Source: an uncultured Candidatus Poseidoniales archaeon (GTDB lineage Archaea; Thermoplasmatota; Poseidoniia; Poseidoniales; Thalassarchaeaceae). Taken from it: 57,605 bases of DNA. The notes beneath the pieces were generated by a model. It made no database searches and was not told the DNA's origin. It saw only the letters and a program-made list of their open reading frames with translations. Each line of letters begins with the position of its first letter. The stretch's first letter is position 1. The translations under genes were made by a program, and so were the position numbers. This document shows, piece by piece, positions 43,376-53,736 of the stretch. The stretch covers positions 1 through 57,605 of the forward strand of contig CAXEOD010000002.1 of assembly GCA_963997805.1 (NCBI GenBank). Direction: 5' to 3'.

Positions 43376-46357
43376 GTGGTCGATGAAAGCACAGGACCCC
43401 GCCATGATGATGGTTGGATTGTGGTCAAGGGTGCAAGGACTCACAACCTACGTGATATTGATGTAAAAATTCCAAGAGGGAGATTTGTTGTAGTATCTGG
43501 TGTTTCGGGGTCCGGAAAATCCAGTCTTGCATTTGATACACTTTACGCAGAAGGTCAGAGAAGATATGTAGAATCACTTTCATCTTATGCTAGACAATTT
43601 CTTGGCCAAATGAAAAAGCCCGATTGTGATAGTATTGAAGGGCTTTCCCCAGCAATTTCCATTGATCAAAAACAAGGCTCCCACAATCCTCGTTCAACTG
43701 TTGCAACTACAACTGAAATTCAAGATTACCTCCGTCTTCTCTATGCTAGAGTTGGTAAACCCCACTGTCCAGAATGTGGTAAAGAGGTAGCTCGTCGAAC
43801 CGTTCAAGAGATAGTTGATGATATTGAATGGCGTATGGAACGCCATGCAGTTGCTGTGTGGTGCCCAACTATTCGTAATCGTAAAGGGACGCATTCAGAT
43901 TTGTTCAAACAATTAGTGGAACAAGGATTCGTGTTTGGTAAGGTGAATGGAAGAGAAGTAGAGTTTGAAGACCCTCCAACCTTGGAAAAAAACCTACGCC
44001 ACGATATAGATATTAGAATAGATAGATTAAGAATATCGCGTGAAAACCGTCAACGCTTAACAGAAGCAGTTGAATCTGGTTTGAGGCTTGGCGGGGGTAC
44101 AGTCGCTATTGAGAGTATTTCTGGTTGTGATGCCCCCCAAGAATTACCCACTGGCTCAATATCATCAACTACTGAAGAAGGGGCTGTAATTCCCTATAGT
44201 GAAGAATTCGCTTGTCCAACTCATGGTTCATTCATGCCAGAAATGTCACCTCGGATATTTTCTTTCAACAACCCCTTAGGAGCTTGTACATCTTGCCAAG
44301 GATTGGGTGTTGATAGGGCTTTTTCGTATGAATTATTGATGAATGAAGAACGTTCCCTAGATGGTGGTTGTGTGAAGCCATTTCAATCGTCAATGATGGC
44401 TGGTTGGTATCGTAATCAGATGTGCCAAGTGGCTGAAAAATATGGTTTTGAATCAGATATTCCCTTTTCTCAATTAGATGATGATGCAAAAGATATCATC
44501 TTAAATGGCTCTGGTTCAACAGAAATCAAATTCAAATTTGAAAGTGAAAAGGGTTCTGTTTACCAAATGGTGAAACCATGGGAAGGGGTGTATAAACGAT
44601 TAATGCGAACTTATCGCGATACAGATAGTGAACGTAATCGTAACCGCTTACAATCATACATGATTGACCAGCCATGTGCTGAATGCGATGGACAAAAATT
44701 GAATCCAGCAGTAAGGGCTGTTACTGTTGGTGGCTTATCTTTACCAGACCTTTCTCAATCAACAGTACTAGAATCCTTAGCGATCTTACAGCGCTGGCGA
44801 CTTGGTAATTCAGAACAAGAAATATGGTCAAAGTTGGCTCGAGAACCATCAACAAGTGGCTCAGTTAGCAAATCCGAAAAATTAGGGGAAAGAGACCTTT
44901 TCATTGCTCGCGAATTGCTCAAAGAAATTGAATCAAGAATAAAATTTCTAGCTCTAGTGGGTCTTGACTATCTGACGTTAGACCGCCGTTCAAACACCCT
45001 TTCAGGTGGTGAGAGTCAGAGAATTAGACTCGCATCTCAAATTGGCACACGTCTGACGGGGGTAACTTACGTACTCGATGAGCCAAGTATTGGCCTACAC
45101 GCACGCGATAATCAACGCCTTCTCTCAACCCTTCGAGAATTGTGTGAAATAGGAAACACATTACTGGTTATTGAACATGATGAAGAAACACTGCGTCAAG
45201 CAGATTGGTTAGTTGATCTTGGGCCTGGTGCTGGGAGAGAAGGGGGTCGCCTTCTCGTTAGTGGTCCATTAGAGGATTTACTTGAACACGAAGAAAGCGT
45301 TACAGGAGCATATCTAGCGGGTAGACGTAAGATTGCCGTACCATCCTCAAGAGTGAAACCCAACGGAGAATGGTTGAAAGTTGTTGGTGCTGAGGCGAAT
45401 AATTTGCGCCGAATAAATGTCAAATTTCCTCTTGGATGTATGGTTGCAGTTACAGGAGTGTCGGGTTCAGGAAAGTCAACCTTAGTTTCTGATATTCTTG
45501 CACCTGTTTTGTTGCATGAATTGAATGGTAGTGATAGTACACCTGGTAAACATGGTAGCGTGTCTGGGTTTGATGATATTGACAAAGTAATCGTCATTAA
45601 TCAATCACCAATTGGCCGCACACCGAGGTCCAATACAGTAACTTATACGAAGGGGTTTGATGAAATTCGAAAGTTGTTTGCTACTACACCATTAGCTAAA
45701 CAACGAGGATACAAACCAGGGCAATTTTCCTTTAATGTAAGAGGTGGAAGGTGTGAATCTTGTGCGGGTGCGGGTTCGGTGAAAATGGAAATGCATTTCC
45801 TTGCTGATGTTTGGGTAACTTGTGAGGTGTGTGAAGGTTCACGATACACACGAGAAACATTGGAAGTAACTTGGAAACAGAAGACTATCTCAGACGTATT
45901 GGATATGACGGTTCACGAGGCATGTGAATTCTTCGCAAGTCACAAAAAACTTCATCGTATTCTAAAAACACTACAAGATGTGGGTTTGGGTTACATTCGT
46001 CTTGGCCAACCAGCCACAACATTGTCTGGGGGTGAAGCTCAAAGAGTCAAATTAGCAACCCAATTACATCGCCCCACAACTCGCCACACAGTCTACATTC
46101 TTGATGAGCCTACAACCGGCCTCGCCCTCTCAGATATTGAGCAATTAATCGACGTTTTGTTGAGAATTCGTTCAAATGGGCACACAGTCATTGTAATTGA
46201 ACATCATCTTGATGTCATTAAAAGTGCTGATTGGGTGATAGATTTAGGCCCAGATGGTGGTGATGGTGGTGGCGATGTTGTCGCAATTGGGACGCCCGAA
46301 GAAATTACTACTAACCCCAATTCTTTTACAGGTCAGTACTTGAAAAAAGCGCTTTAG
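43376..46357 (+). CDS. uvrA: Excinuclease ABC subunit A (UvrA)
   Basis: ARTHNLRDIDVKIPRG, two Walker A sites (GVSGSGKSSLAFDT and GVSGSGKSTLVSD), two ABC signatures (LSGGESQRIRLA and LSGGEAQRVKLA), and zinc modules (CPECGK, CAECDGQ, CESCAGAG...CEVCEG). GTG start with GGAGGTG upstream. Confidence 0.95.
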   Translation: MVDESTGPRHDDGWIVVKGARTHNLRDIDVKIPRGRFVVVSGVSGSGKSSLAFDTLYAEGQRRYVESLSSYARQFLGQMKKPDCDSIEGLSPAISIDQKQGSHNPRSTVATTTEIQDYLRLLYARVGKPHCPECGKEVARRTVQEIVDDIEWRMERHAVAVWCPTIRNRKGTHSDLFKQLVEQGFVFGKVNGREVEFEDPPTLEKNLRHDIDIRIDRLRISRENRQRLTEAVESGLRLGGGTVAIESISGCDAPQELPTGSISSTTEEGAVIPYSEEFACPTHGSFMPEMSPRIFSFNNPLGACTSCQGLGVDRAFSYELLMNEERSLDGGCVKPFQSSMMAGWYRNQMCQVAEKYGFESDIPFSQLDDDAKDIILNGSGSTEIKFKFESEKGSVYQMVKPWEGVYKRLMRTYRDTDSERNRNRLQSYMIDQPCAECDGQKLNPAVRAVTVGGLSLPDLSQSTVLESLAILQRWRLGNSEQEIWSKLAREPSTSGSVSKSEKLGERDLFIARELLKEIESRIKFLALVGLDYLTLDRRSNTLSGGESQRIRLASQIGTRLTGVTYVLDEPSIGLHARDNQRLLSTLRELCEIGNTLLVIEHDEETLRQADWLVDLGPGAGREGGRLLVSGPLEDLLEHEESVTGAYLAGRRKIAVPSSRVKPNGEWLKVVGAEANNLRRINVKFPLGCMVAVTGVSGSGKSTLVSDILAPVLLHELNGSDSTPGKHGSVSGFDDIDKVIVINQSPIGRTPRSNTVTYTKGFDEIRKLFATTPLAKQRGYKPGQFSFNVRGGRCESCAGAGSVKMEMHFLADVWVTCEVCEGSRYTRETLEVTWKQKTISDVLDMTVHEACEFFASHKKLHRILKTLQDVGLGYIRLGQPATTLSGGEAQRVKLATQLHRPTTRHTVYILDEPTTGLALSDIEQLIDVLLRIRSNGHTVIVIEHHLDVIKSADWVIDLGPDGGDGGGDVVAIGTPEEITTNPNSFTGQYLKKAL

Positions 46358-46363
46358 AATATA

Positions 46364-46380
46364 TCAGCCCTTAGGGCTGA
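46364..46380 (+). terminator. Perfect 7-bp hairpin (TCAGCCC-TTA-GGGCTGA) 7 nt after the uvrA stop
   Basis: Seen directly in the sequence. No oligo-T follows, so a terminator role is uncertain. It may be a processing or stability element between uvrA and purL. Confidence 0.35.
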
Positions 46381-46437
46381 CAGCCGCTTCATTGATGGAC
46401 GGTCGGCAAGACGGCACAATCAGAAGAGGTGTTCGAG

Positions 46438-49400
46438 ATGACAGCATCACAACCCCAAAGAGTTGAAGTGACCCCAAAATCTCTAACAGGATTGAAGGAT
46501 ACTAGGGGGGAATCTATCCGCCGACAATTGTCTTCTGATTATGGTTTAGAAATTTCAGAAGTACGTTCAATTACAGGTTATCTTGTGAAGGGTAATTTCA
46601 ACGAAACACACCACGAGAAAATGATATCAGATTTGTTTTGCGACCCAATAATTGAGCATGGTGCGGTCAATCAGCATATCTTAAATGACTCTAATATTTT
46701 CTCGCAAAAACCCGACGCTGCAATACAAATCGGGTTCAAACCAGGGGTTACAGATAATGCAGCGCAAGCAGGCCTTGATGGTTTGAAGACCCTTTTTCCT
46801 TCCGAATCAAAAGATGCAGAAGTATCCACCACCATGACTTACACATTCTATGGGCTTCCTGATAATGTCGACTGTCAATGGCTTGCAAATCAACTACACA
46901 ACCCAATGATTGAGAGAGCGGTAATATCTGATAAATCATCATGCGCAAATAACCAGTGGCCATCACTTGATTTTCCAGAACCACCAGTGAATATTTTTGG
47001 CAAACCAGCAACTATTGATTTAGAGGTTGAAGATGATACTTTGATTGAAATTAGTGAGAAAGGCCTACTTGCACTAAATTTGGAAGAAATGCAAACCATC
47101 CAAGCACACTTCCGAAACCCAACAGTTAGAGCAACAAGAGAGAAAGCTGGATTGCCTCCAATGGCTCCAACAGATGTAGAATTAGAGTGCCTAGCTCAGA
47201 CTTGGTCAGAACATTGTAAGCACAAAATATTTTCAGCAAAAATCCATCACGTAGATACCGAAACAGGAGAAGACTCCTATATTGATTCATTATTCAAAAC
47301 CCACATTATGAAACCTACTTTTGACATCGCCAAGAAAGTCGATTGGCTCCTCAGTTTGTTCCATGATAATTCAGGTGTAATAGAGTGGAATCCCGATTGG
47401 AGCCTTTGTATTAAGGCTGAAACACATAATTCTCCAAGTGCGTTAGATCCATTTGGTGGAGCAATGACTGGTATTGTTGGTGTTAATCGAGATATTTTAG
47501 GAACTGGATTGGGGGCCCGCCCAATCGCAAATACGGATGTATTTTGTTTCGGCCCACCAAATTATGAAGGCGAAATCCCCGAGGGCCTATTTCACCCAAG
47601 TAGGGTATTTCGCGGGGTTCATGCAGGAGTTCGTTCTGGTGGTAATGAATCAGGGATTCCAACAGTGAATGGTGCGATAGTATTTGAGGAGAGATATATC
47701 GGTAAACCACTCGTGTATTGTGGTACTGTTGGAATAATGCCACGCCGTTTAGCAGATGGTAGGGAAAGTCACGACAAGACCCCCAGCCCGGGTGATGTCA
47801 TCTACATGGTTGGTGGGCGTGTTGGTAGTGATGGGATACATGGGGCCACGTTTTCTAGTCTAGAACTAACTGAAGAATCTCCATCTTCAGCAGTCCAAAT
47901 TGGTGACCCTATCACACAGAAAAAGATGGTTGATATGCTCCTTAAAGCTAGAGACGACGGTCTTCTCCAAGTTACAACAGATAATGGCGCAGGCGGCCTT
48001 TCGAGTAGCATAGGGGAAATGGCGGAGTTAACTGGTGGTGCTAAAGTAGACCTTTCGCAAGTCCCGCTCAAACAAGTAGGCCTTTCTTCTTGGGAAATAT
48101 TAGTTTCAGAATCTCAGGAAAGAATGACTGTTGGTGTTAGACCCGAAGAGTGTCAAGAGTTTGAGAAGTTAGCTAGTTTACATGAAGTTGAAGCAACTGC
48201 TGTAGGTACTTTCACGGATTCGGGCGATTTTCATATTTTACACGGTGAACATACAGTTGCGTTACTACCAATTGAATTCCTGCATGATGGGGTTCCGCAA
48301 TTACAACTTGAGAGTGAATGGATACCCCCTACAAACGAAGAGCCACCATATCCTGAAGTCAATGCATCAGAAATGGGAGAGGTTCTATCCCGTGTCCTTG
48401 CTCGTCCGAATGTTGCATCAAAAGAGTGGTGGGTGCGCTCTTACGACCATGAGGTAATTGCTCAAACGGTAATCAAACCATTTTGTGGTGTTCATCACGA
48501 CGCCCCAGGGGACGCGGCTGTTATTGCCCCAATACACGGGGAAACACAAGGTGCAGTGATATCTTGTGGGATTATACCGAGATATTCAGATATTGATACC
48601 TATGCAATGGTTGCTGGTTGTATTGACGAAGCAGTTCGTAATGCGGTTTGTGTTGGCGTTGATCTTGATCGGATGGCAGGTTTGGATAATTTCTGTTGGC
48701 CCGATTCTGTTGAGTCTGAAAAGACACCCGATGGCCGATACAAACTCGCCCAATTAGTACGCGCTAACAGGGCTTTAGATGATGTTTGTAGGGCTTATCA
48801 GTTACCATGTATTAGTGGAAAAGATTCTATGAAAAATGACGTGATAATGAATGGGGAAAAAATAAGTGTCCCCCCAACATTATTGTTCACATTGTTGGGC
48901 AATCATGAAGATGTTCGTAAAGCAGTTTCAAGCGATTTCAAGAATAGCGGCGACATCATTTACTTGCTGGGGCAAACCCATCAAGAGTTGGGTGCAAGCG
49001 AATTAGTCACGATGTTTAGAGACGAGTGTGGCGGTGGAATTGGTGGTAAAGTGCCAGAAATAGACACCACAAGGAATCTTGCACTTTATCGCGACCTAAC
49101 TGCAGCAATGCGCCAAGAGTTAGTTGTTAGCGCTCATGATTGTAGTGACGGTGGTTTTGCTGTTGCTTTAGCAGAAGCTTGCTTTGGTGCTGATTCTGGT
49201 TGTAGTGTTGACATATCTGAAATATTCAGTGATAACAACGGCCTTGACAAGTGGGGGGCATTATTTGGTGAGAGTCTTGGCCGCATTTTAGTGAGTGTAA
49301 AGGCTGAACACAGTGCTAAATTTGAATCAGCAATGGTAAGCAACGCTTGTTTCCGATTAGGTGAAGTTGGTGTTGGAGATGAAATCATGATATCAGTATC

Positions 49401-49479
49401 TGGTGAAACTATTCTCCAAGCCAGCATGTCTGCTCTCAAACAATCTTGGCAAGCAACCCTAGATGGAGGTGGTGCTTGA
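46438..49479 (+). CDS. purL: Phosphoribosylformylglycinamidine synthase PurL fused to two N-terminal PurS-like domains
   Basis: The PurL core starts at TDVELECLAQTWSEHCKHKIF and includes ETHNSPSALDPFGGA, GDPITQKKM and DNGAGGLSS. The ~215-aa N-terminal extension holds two PurS-like repeats (RVEVTPK..LKDTRGE...LFCDPIIE and AIQIGFKPGVTDNAAQA...LHNPMIE). I prefer ATG 46438 (GAGGTG upstream). The track starts at GTG 46429. Confidence 0.9.
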   Translation: MTASQPQRVEVTPKSLTGLKDTRGESIRRQLSSDYGLEISEVRSITGYLVKGNFNETHHEKMISDLFCDPIIEHGAVNQHILNDSNIFSQKPDAAIQIGFKPGVTDNAAQAGLDGLKTLFPSESKDAEVSTTMTYTFYGLPDNVDCQWLANQLHNPMIERAVISDKSSCANNQWPSLDFPEPPVNIFGKPATIDLEVEDDTLIEISEKGLLALNLEEMQTIQAHFRNPTVRATREKAGLPPMAPTDVELECLAQTWSEHCKHKIFSAKIHHVDTETGEDSYIDSLFKTHIMKPTFDIAKKVDWLLSLFHDNSGVIEWNPDWSLCIKAETHNSPSALDPFGGAMTGIVGVNRDILGTGLGARPIANTDVFCFGPPNYEGEIPEGLFHPSRVFRGVHAGVRSGGNESGIPTVNGAIVFEERYIGKPLVYCGTVGIMPRRLADGRESHDKTPSPGDVIYMVGGRVGSDGIHGATFSSLELTEESPSSAVQIGDPITQKKMVDMLLKARDDGLLQVTTDNGAGGLSSSIGEMAELTGGAKVDLSQVPLKQVGLSSWEILVSESQERMTVGVRPEECQEFEKLASLHEVEATAVGTFTDSGDFHILHGEHTVALLPIEFLHDGVPQLQLESEWIPPTNEEPPYPEVNASEMGEVLSRVLARPNVASKEWWVRSYDHEVIAQTVIKPFCGVHHDAPGDAAVIAPIHGETQGAVISCGIIPRYSDIDTYAMVAGCIDEAVRNAVCVGVDLDRMAGLDNFCWPDSVESEKTPDGRYKLAQLVRANRALDDVCRAYQLPCISGKDSMKNDVIMNGEKISVPPTLLFTLLGNHEDVRKAVSSDFKNSGDIIYLLGQTHQELGASELVTMFRDECGGGIGGKVPEIDTTRNLALYRDLTAAMRQELVVSAHDCSDGGFAVALAEACFGADSGCSVDISEIFSDNNGLDKWGALFGESLGRILVSVKAEHSAKFESAMVSNACFRLGEVGVGDEIMISVSGETILQASMSALKQSWQATLDGGGA

Positions 49480-50298
49480 ATGGTTGAAATCCCTCAAGTA
49501 GCAGTCCTAACAGGATTTGGAATTAATTGTGATTTGGAAACCATGGCAGTGTTTGAGATGGCTGGAGCGAAAGCCCATCGCATCCACATCAATAGTTTAG
49601 TTAACGGCGACGATTCACTAGAAAATTATCATATTATGGCAATTCCAGGGGGTTTTTCCTTCGGCGATCACCTCGGTAGTGGGCGTTTACTTGGAAACAG
49701 ACTTCGATTTGGAATAAGGGAGCAAGTGCGTCAATTCGTCAAAGATGGTAAACCAGTTATTGGAATATGTAATGGTTTCCAAGTGTTAGTAAAAATGGGA
49801 TTATTGCCAGGTGATGATGATGTTTCATTACAACAAACCGCATCACTTGCTCTAAATGATTCAGGTCATTATGAAGACAGATGGGTCACTCTGGAATTCA
49901 ATTCGGACAGCCCTTGTATCTGGACAAAGGGATTGTCTCGTATGCGAACACCTGTAAGACACGGTGAAGGAAAATTTGTGATTCCAGACCAGTCTGTACT
50001 CGACCAATACGAACAACAACAGCAGATTGTAGCACGGTATATTGATCCCAACGACAAGTATCCTAGCGCATCAAATGAGCCCCTATCTTACCCATTATGC
50101 CCAAATGCTAGCATGCGCAACATTGCTGGTGTTTGTGACCCTTCTGGATTAGTATTCGGACTAATGCCACACCCAGAGGCTAACCATTCAAAGTGGCTTG
50201 GCGCTACATGGACACGCGAAGAAAAGCCAACCGATTGGATTGGTGAAGGTATGGCGGTGTTTGAGAACGGCGTTAGATATGCGAAAGATAATCTTTGA
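49480..50298 (+). CDS. purQ: Phosphoribosylformylglycinamidine synthase glutamine amidotransferase subunit PurQ
   Basis: AIPGGFSFGD, VIGICNGFQVL (nucleophile Cys), MPHPE (His-Glu). The ATG directly abuts the purL TGA stop. Confidence 0.9.
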   Translation: MVEIPQVAVLTGFGINCDLETMAVFEMAGAKAHRIHINSLVNGDDSLENYHIMAIPGGFSFGDHLGSGRLLGNRLRFGIREQVRQFVKDGKPVIGICNGFQVLVKMGLLPGDDDVSLQQTASLALNDSGHYEDRWVTLEFNSDSPCIWTKGLSRMRTPVRHGEGKFVIPDQSVLDQYEQQQQIVARYIDPNDKYPSASNEPLSYPLCPNASMRNIAGVCDPSGLVFGLMPHPEANHSKWLGATWTREEKPTDWIGEGMAVFENGVRYAKDNL

Positions 50299-50302
50299 TA
50301 AT

Positions 50303-51004
50303 TCAATCAGCACCTAATAACTCATCAACATCGTCAACAATGTCTTTCCATTGCTTCTTTTCAGCACGCTTTTCCCCCACTTTCAAGTCAACCATCAAAT
50401 CTTTCAAATCATCAGGCGTATCTTGATTAGAAGCACTTGCTTGCACTCTAGCAGTTAACTCATGGTCTTCACCAGGGCGCTCAGAACGGTCAACTTGGGT
50501 GATTTCTTTACTAGGAACCGTCCTGATGCCTGACTTATCAACAATATTTGTTGGTAATTCTTGTGATAAATCATGTAGTTCTTTTTCAGTTGGTTCGGAA
50601 TCTTTCCACTTAGATTGGTTAGCCATTTCCCTTAATGTGTTCATCTTTTTCTTCTGTCGAGCAGCTTCAAAAGCAGCCTCAACATCTTTTTGAGTTGTGG
50701 CCCGCGGTTTTTTGGATTGGCCATGTAGTAATTGTGCATATGCAGTCATCCACTCACCGTGAGTATCATCATGTTCGAATGAACTAGGTCTAGCAAGCAT
50801 CTGAAACAATTCTTTAGACCATTGACTTACTAGGGATTGTGCTGGTAATTCAGAAACCCTTTCTCTGACACCCTTGTGTGTGGTAATACACTGTCGACAA
50901 CGATTCGAACCCGCTTCATCAGGTGCGTCGCAGAGCACGCAACAAGTGGCTAACCCCATCTCGAGCATTGCCCTCCTAACACCTGACATCAATTTGTAGC
51001 ACAC
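50303..51004 (-). CDS. Hypothetical protein with N-terminal CxxC...CxxC zinc finger and a charged, Lys/Glu-rich remainder
   Basis: CVLCDAPDEAGSNRCRQC. No family recognised. Start uncertain (Met codons at residues 1, 6, 13 and 16). Confidence 0.5.
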   Translation of the reverse strand: MCYKLMSGVRRAMLEMGLATCCVLCDAPDEAGSNRCRQCITTHKGVRERVSELPAQSLVSQWSKELFQMLARPSSFEHDDTHGEWMTAYAQLLHGQSKKPRATTQKDVEAAFEAARQKKKMNTLREMANQSKWKDSEPTEKELHDLSQELPTNIVDKSGIRTVPSKEITQVDRSERPGEDHELTARVQASASNQDTPDDLKDLMVDLKVGEKRAEKKQWKDIVDDVDELLGAD

Positions 51005-51068
51005 ACTGCCCCCCCTTCAACTCTCCCGGCTTGCGAACCCTCAAAGAGGCTGAACAATTCGCCACACT

Positions 51069-51935
51069 ATGGCTAGGGACCCAAGGGCGTCTCGTCTGGA
51101 TGATGACCCGTTTGCAAAGATAGATGATAATCAGCCTGCAAGTAAGGGCACATCTCAGCATATTCGGGTCGTTATTCAGCCCGGGCAACCAAATCCATTT
51201 GAGCCATTTCTCAAAGGTTTCTTTGATGTTGGAGGGCCAAGAGTTGTTAAGCACGAAGGCTCACTTTTTCACTTTTCACAGCGTGAATTGAAGGATTTAA
51301 CGATGGCAACATTTGCCTTTAGTTTTGCAATTTCTATTGTATTACATGGGGGTATTTTCGGTATGTTGGAATTGCCTATGGGGGTATTACTAATCAGTTT
51401 AATATCAAGCATGATGTTTGCACTTGCCGCCCTTGCACCCGCCTTCATCCTTCATGAACTGGCTCACAAATATGTGGCGCGTCATTTCGGTTGTTGGGCG
51501 GAGTTTAGAGCCGACCCCCGCGGTCTAAAGATTGGGATCCTCATCGCCCTAGCTATTGGCTTTGTATTCATGGCCCCTGGTGCAGTAATGGTCGCCGGGA
51601 GGGTTGGCCGCAAAGAGAATGGGATAATTTCAGTAGCAGGCCCAGCAACGAACATCACCTTATTTTTCATTGGAATGATTGGAGGTGGTTTACTTCTCTC
51701 AATGTTTTACCATAATATTTTAGTTGAACTAATTGTATTCTGGATGTGGGGGAACGCAATTCTTGGCGCATTCAATATGCTTCCATTTGGGCCGCTTGAT
51801 GGAGCGAAAGTGAAAAGGTGGTCCGAACCCATCTTTTGGCTTTTCATGGCAATAACAGTAGCACTGGTAGTCTCTGTTTTCAACGGTTATGCATTCACAC
51901 TTGTTGCAGCAATCGCAGGTCTGCCCACACTATGA
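51069..51935 (+). CDS. M50-family (site-2 protease-like) membrane zinc metalloprotease
   Basis: FILHELAHKYVARHFG (HExxH in a TM helix), NAILGAFNMLPFGPLDG (NxxPxxxLDG motif), multiple TM helices. Confidence 0.8.
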   Translation: MARDPRASRLDDDPFAKIDDNQPASKGTSQHIRVVIQPGQPNPFEPFLKGFFDVGGPRVVKHEGSLFHFSQRELKDLTMATFAFSFAISIVLHGGIFGMLELPMGVLLISLISSMMFALAALAPAFILHELAHKYVARHFGCWAEFRADPRGLKIGILIALAIGFVFMAPGAVMVAGRVGRKENGIISVAGPATNITLFFIGMIGGGLLLSMFYHNILVELIVFWMWGNAILGAFNMLPFGPLDGAKVKRWSEPIFWLFMAITVALVVSVFNGYAFTLVAAIAGLPTL

Positions 51936-51955
51936 ATGCAGAAGAAATATTTACA

Positions 51956-53680
51956 TCAGAGCAAGGTATTTTCAATCGGGGCTTCATCAAGATGGAAGAA
52001 TGAATAAACAGCCCACCAAGTAATGAAATCAAGGCTATTTACTAGATTAGTTACACCTGTATTTTCTTCGCCATAATCCTTACCAGATGTATCCATCCAA
52101 TCTTCCATTTCTTCTAATGTGTCACAGACTTGGTGGTAACACCAATACCCATCAACAAGACCACCAAAACCTATTGTCACAGTTCCTAGATTATCTTGGA
52201 ACGCGGCATGATCTGAGCGTGCAGTAGTATCTTCATAGATGATAATCTCAGGTCGGTCAGCAGCTATCCAAGAATTGTATTTCCAAGTATTTTCTTCAAA
52301 ACCAGCACCTTCCAAAGTACCAATTTGTTGTTCAACACCTAATGCATCAGAACCAATCCATTCTTGTAATCCAACAAGTTCTTTTTGACTTAGATTTTCA
52401 AAAGAATCGGTTGGCCCGATATAGACTCTCATCGGCCAAACTTCCTCATCCTTTGGATATCCATCTTCGTCAATAGATGGTTCAGGGTCTCCATGTGGTG
52501 CACCACCACCACCAGGCCAATTTACCCCAGCCATATCCAAATTGATGTAATTGGTAACAGTTACTTCAGGGTGGTCCTCTTTGACATAGAAATCAGTCCA
52601 ATAATCGCTTCCTCGCTTTCCACCCTCTTCACCTGACCAGAGGCAGAAAACCATTGACCGGCGCGAATCAAAACCAGACATCATTTTTGCAGTTTCCAAT
52701 ACCATACTTGTTCCCGCGGTGTTGTCATAAGCACCTACACGAGTTCCATAAGTTCTGCTTCCTGTAATGTGGGGGTCAAGGAGTGGTATTGCAGCATTTG
52801 CAGGAGGCGCGATATCAAAATGAGCACCAAAAACTAACCACTCGTTCGGCACTTCTTTACCCCAACGATAACCACACACATTTAGTGCCTCAGGATTTTG
52901 TTTACTGAAGATATCAGTGAATTCAAAACGATGTTTAATGACTTCTAATCCAAAGGACTCTAATTCAGCAACCAAGTAGTTTGCAGCATCTTCGTAAGCT
53001 GGATTTCCCTGGCCCGCCCAACGGTCCCAATAACCCATTCTTCGATCAATATCTGTGATGTCTGGTGTTGGATCTGTAATCTCATGCAAGCGGTCGTAAA
53101 CCATTCTACCATTCATTATTCCAGTAGCAAAATCACCACCAGCATCTGGTCCGAATCCCGGTGCTGAAGGCCTAATCACTGAAAAGCTCTGAAATGCAAC
53201 AGAGCCCCCATTTTCAGTTGACACATTGATGGTATTAAATGAACTATTTTCTCCAACAACGCGAGTGATTCCACCATCAGAGGGAGAGTTTGCTCCACCT
53301 TTCTCAATCCATGTACTCCATGAGATGTTTGATTCTCTTGTAGGCCAATCAGTACGTCCTAGTTCACCTATCATAAACAATGCAATTTCAGCCCGCGGTG
53401 GAGCAAGAATTGAAACTTCAACCGATTTTCCGTTTTTAATATCAATTATTGTAGAGTTTTGAACATAACCACTATCTGGGTTCATGATCAAATAAGGGAT
53501 ATAGACAGACAAGTCATTACTGGCAGAGAATTTTACATTTTGAAAGATTCCACCAACCAATGTTTGGACACCCACATCCAAGTCATCAGCACCGGGTAAG
53601 TTTGCATCATCTGAGCCTAAGCAACCAGCAAACATAGAGGTCGCAAAGAGCAAGGTGAGTAGCACCGCCTTGACGCGCAT
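51956..53680 (-). CDS. Secreted M28-family aminopeptidase, lipobox signal
   Basis: MRVKAVLLTLLFATSMFAGC signal. Metal-binding blocks FGAHFDIAP, AYDNTAGTS, WSGEEGGKRGS, NLDMAG, RSDHAAF. I prefer ATG 53680. The track starts at TTG 53698. Confidence 0.8.
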   Translation of the reverse strand: MRVKAVLLTLLFATSMFAGCLGSDDANLPGADDLDVGVQTLVGGIFQNVKFSASNDLSVYIPYLIMNPDSGYVQNSTIIDIKNGKSVEVSILAPPRAEIALFMIGELGRTDWPTRESNISWSTWIEKGGANSPSDGGITRVVGENSSFNTINVSTENGGSVAFQSFSVIRPSAPGFGPDAGGDFATGIMNGRMVYDRLHEITDPTPDITDIDRRMGYWDRWAGQGNPAYEDAANYLVAELESFGLEVIKHRFEFTDIFSKQNPEALNVCGYRWGKEVPNEWLVFGAHFDIAPPANAAIPLLDPHITGSRTYGTRVGAYDNTAGTSMVLETAKMMSGFDSRRSMVFCLWSGEEGGKRGSDYWTDFYVKEDHPEVTVTNYINLDMAGVNWPGGGGAPHGDPEPSIDEDGYPKDEEVWPMRVYIGPTDSFENLSQKELVGLQEWIGSDALGVEQQIGTLEGAGFEENTWKYNSWIAADRPEIIIYEDTTARSDHAAFQDNLGTVTIGFGGLVDGYWCYHQVCDTLEEMEDWMDTSGKDYGEENTGVTNLVNSLDFITWWAVYSFFHLDEAPIENTLL

Positions 53681-53736
53681 TAACAATGCGAACAACAATT
53701 CCCTGTTGAACCCAACGATTGACGGAGCGCGCGTTT

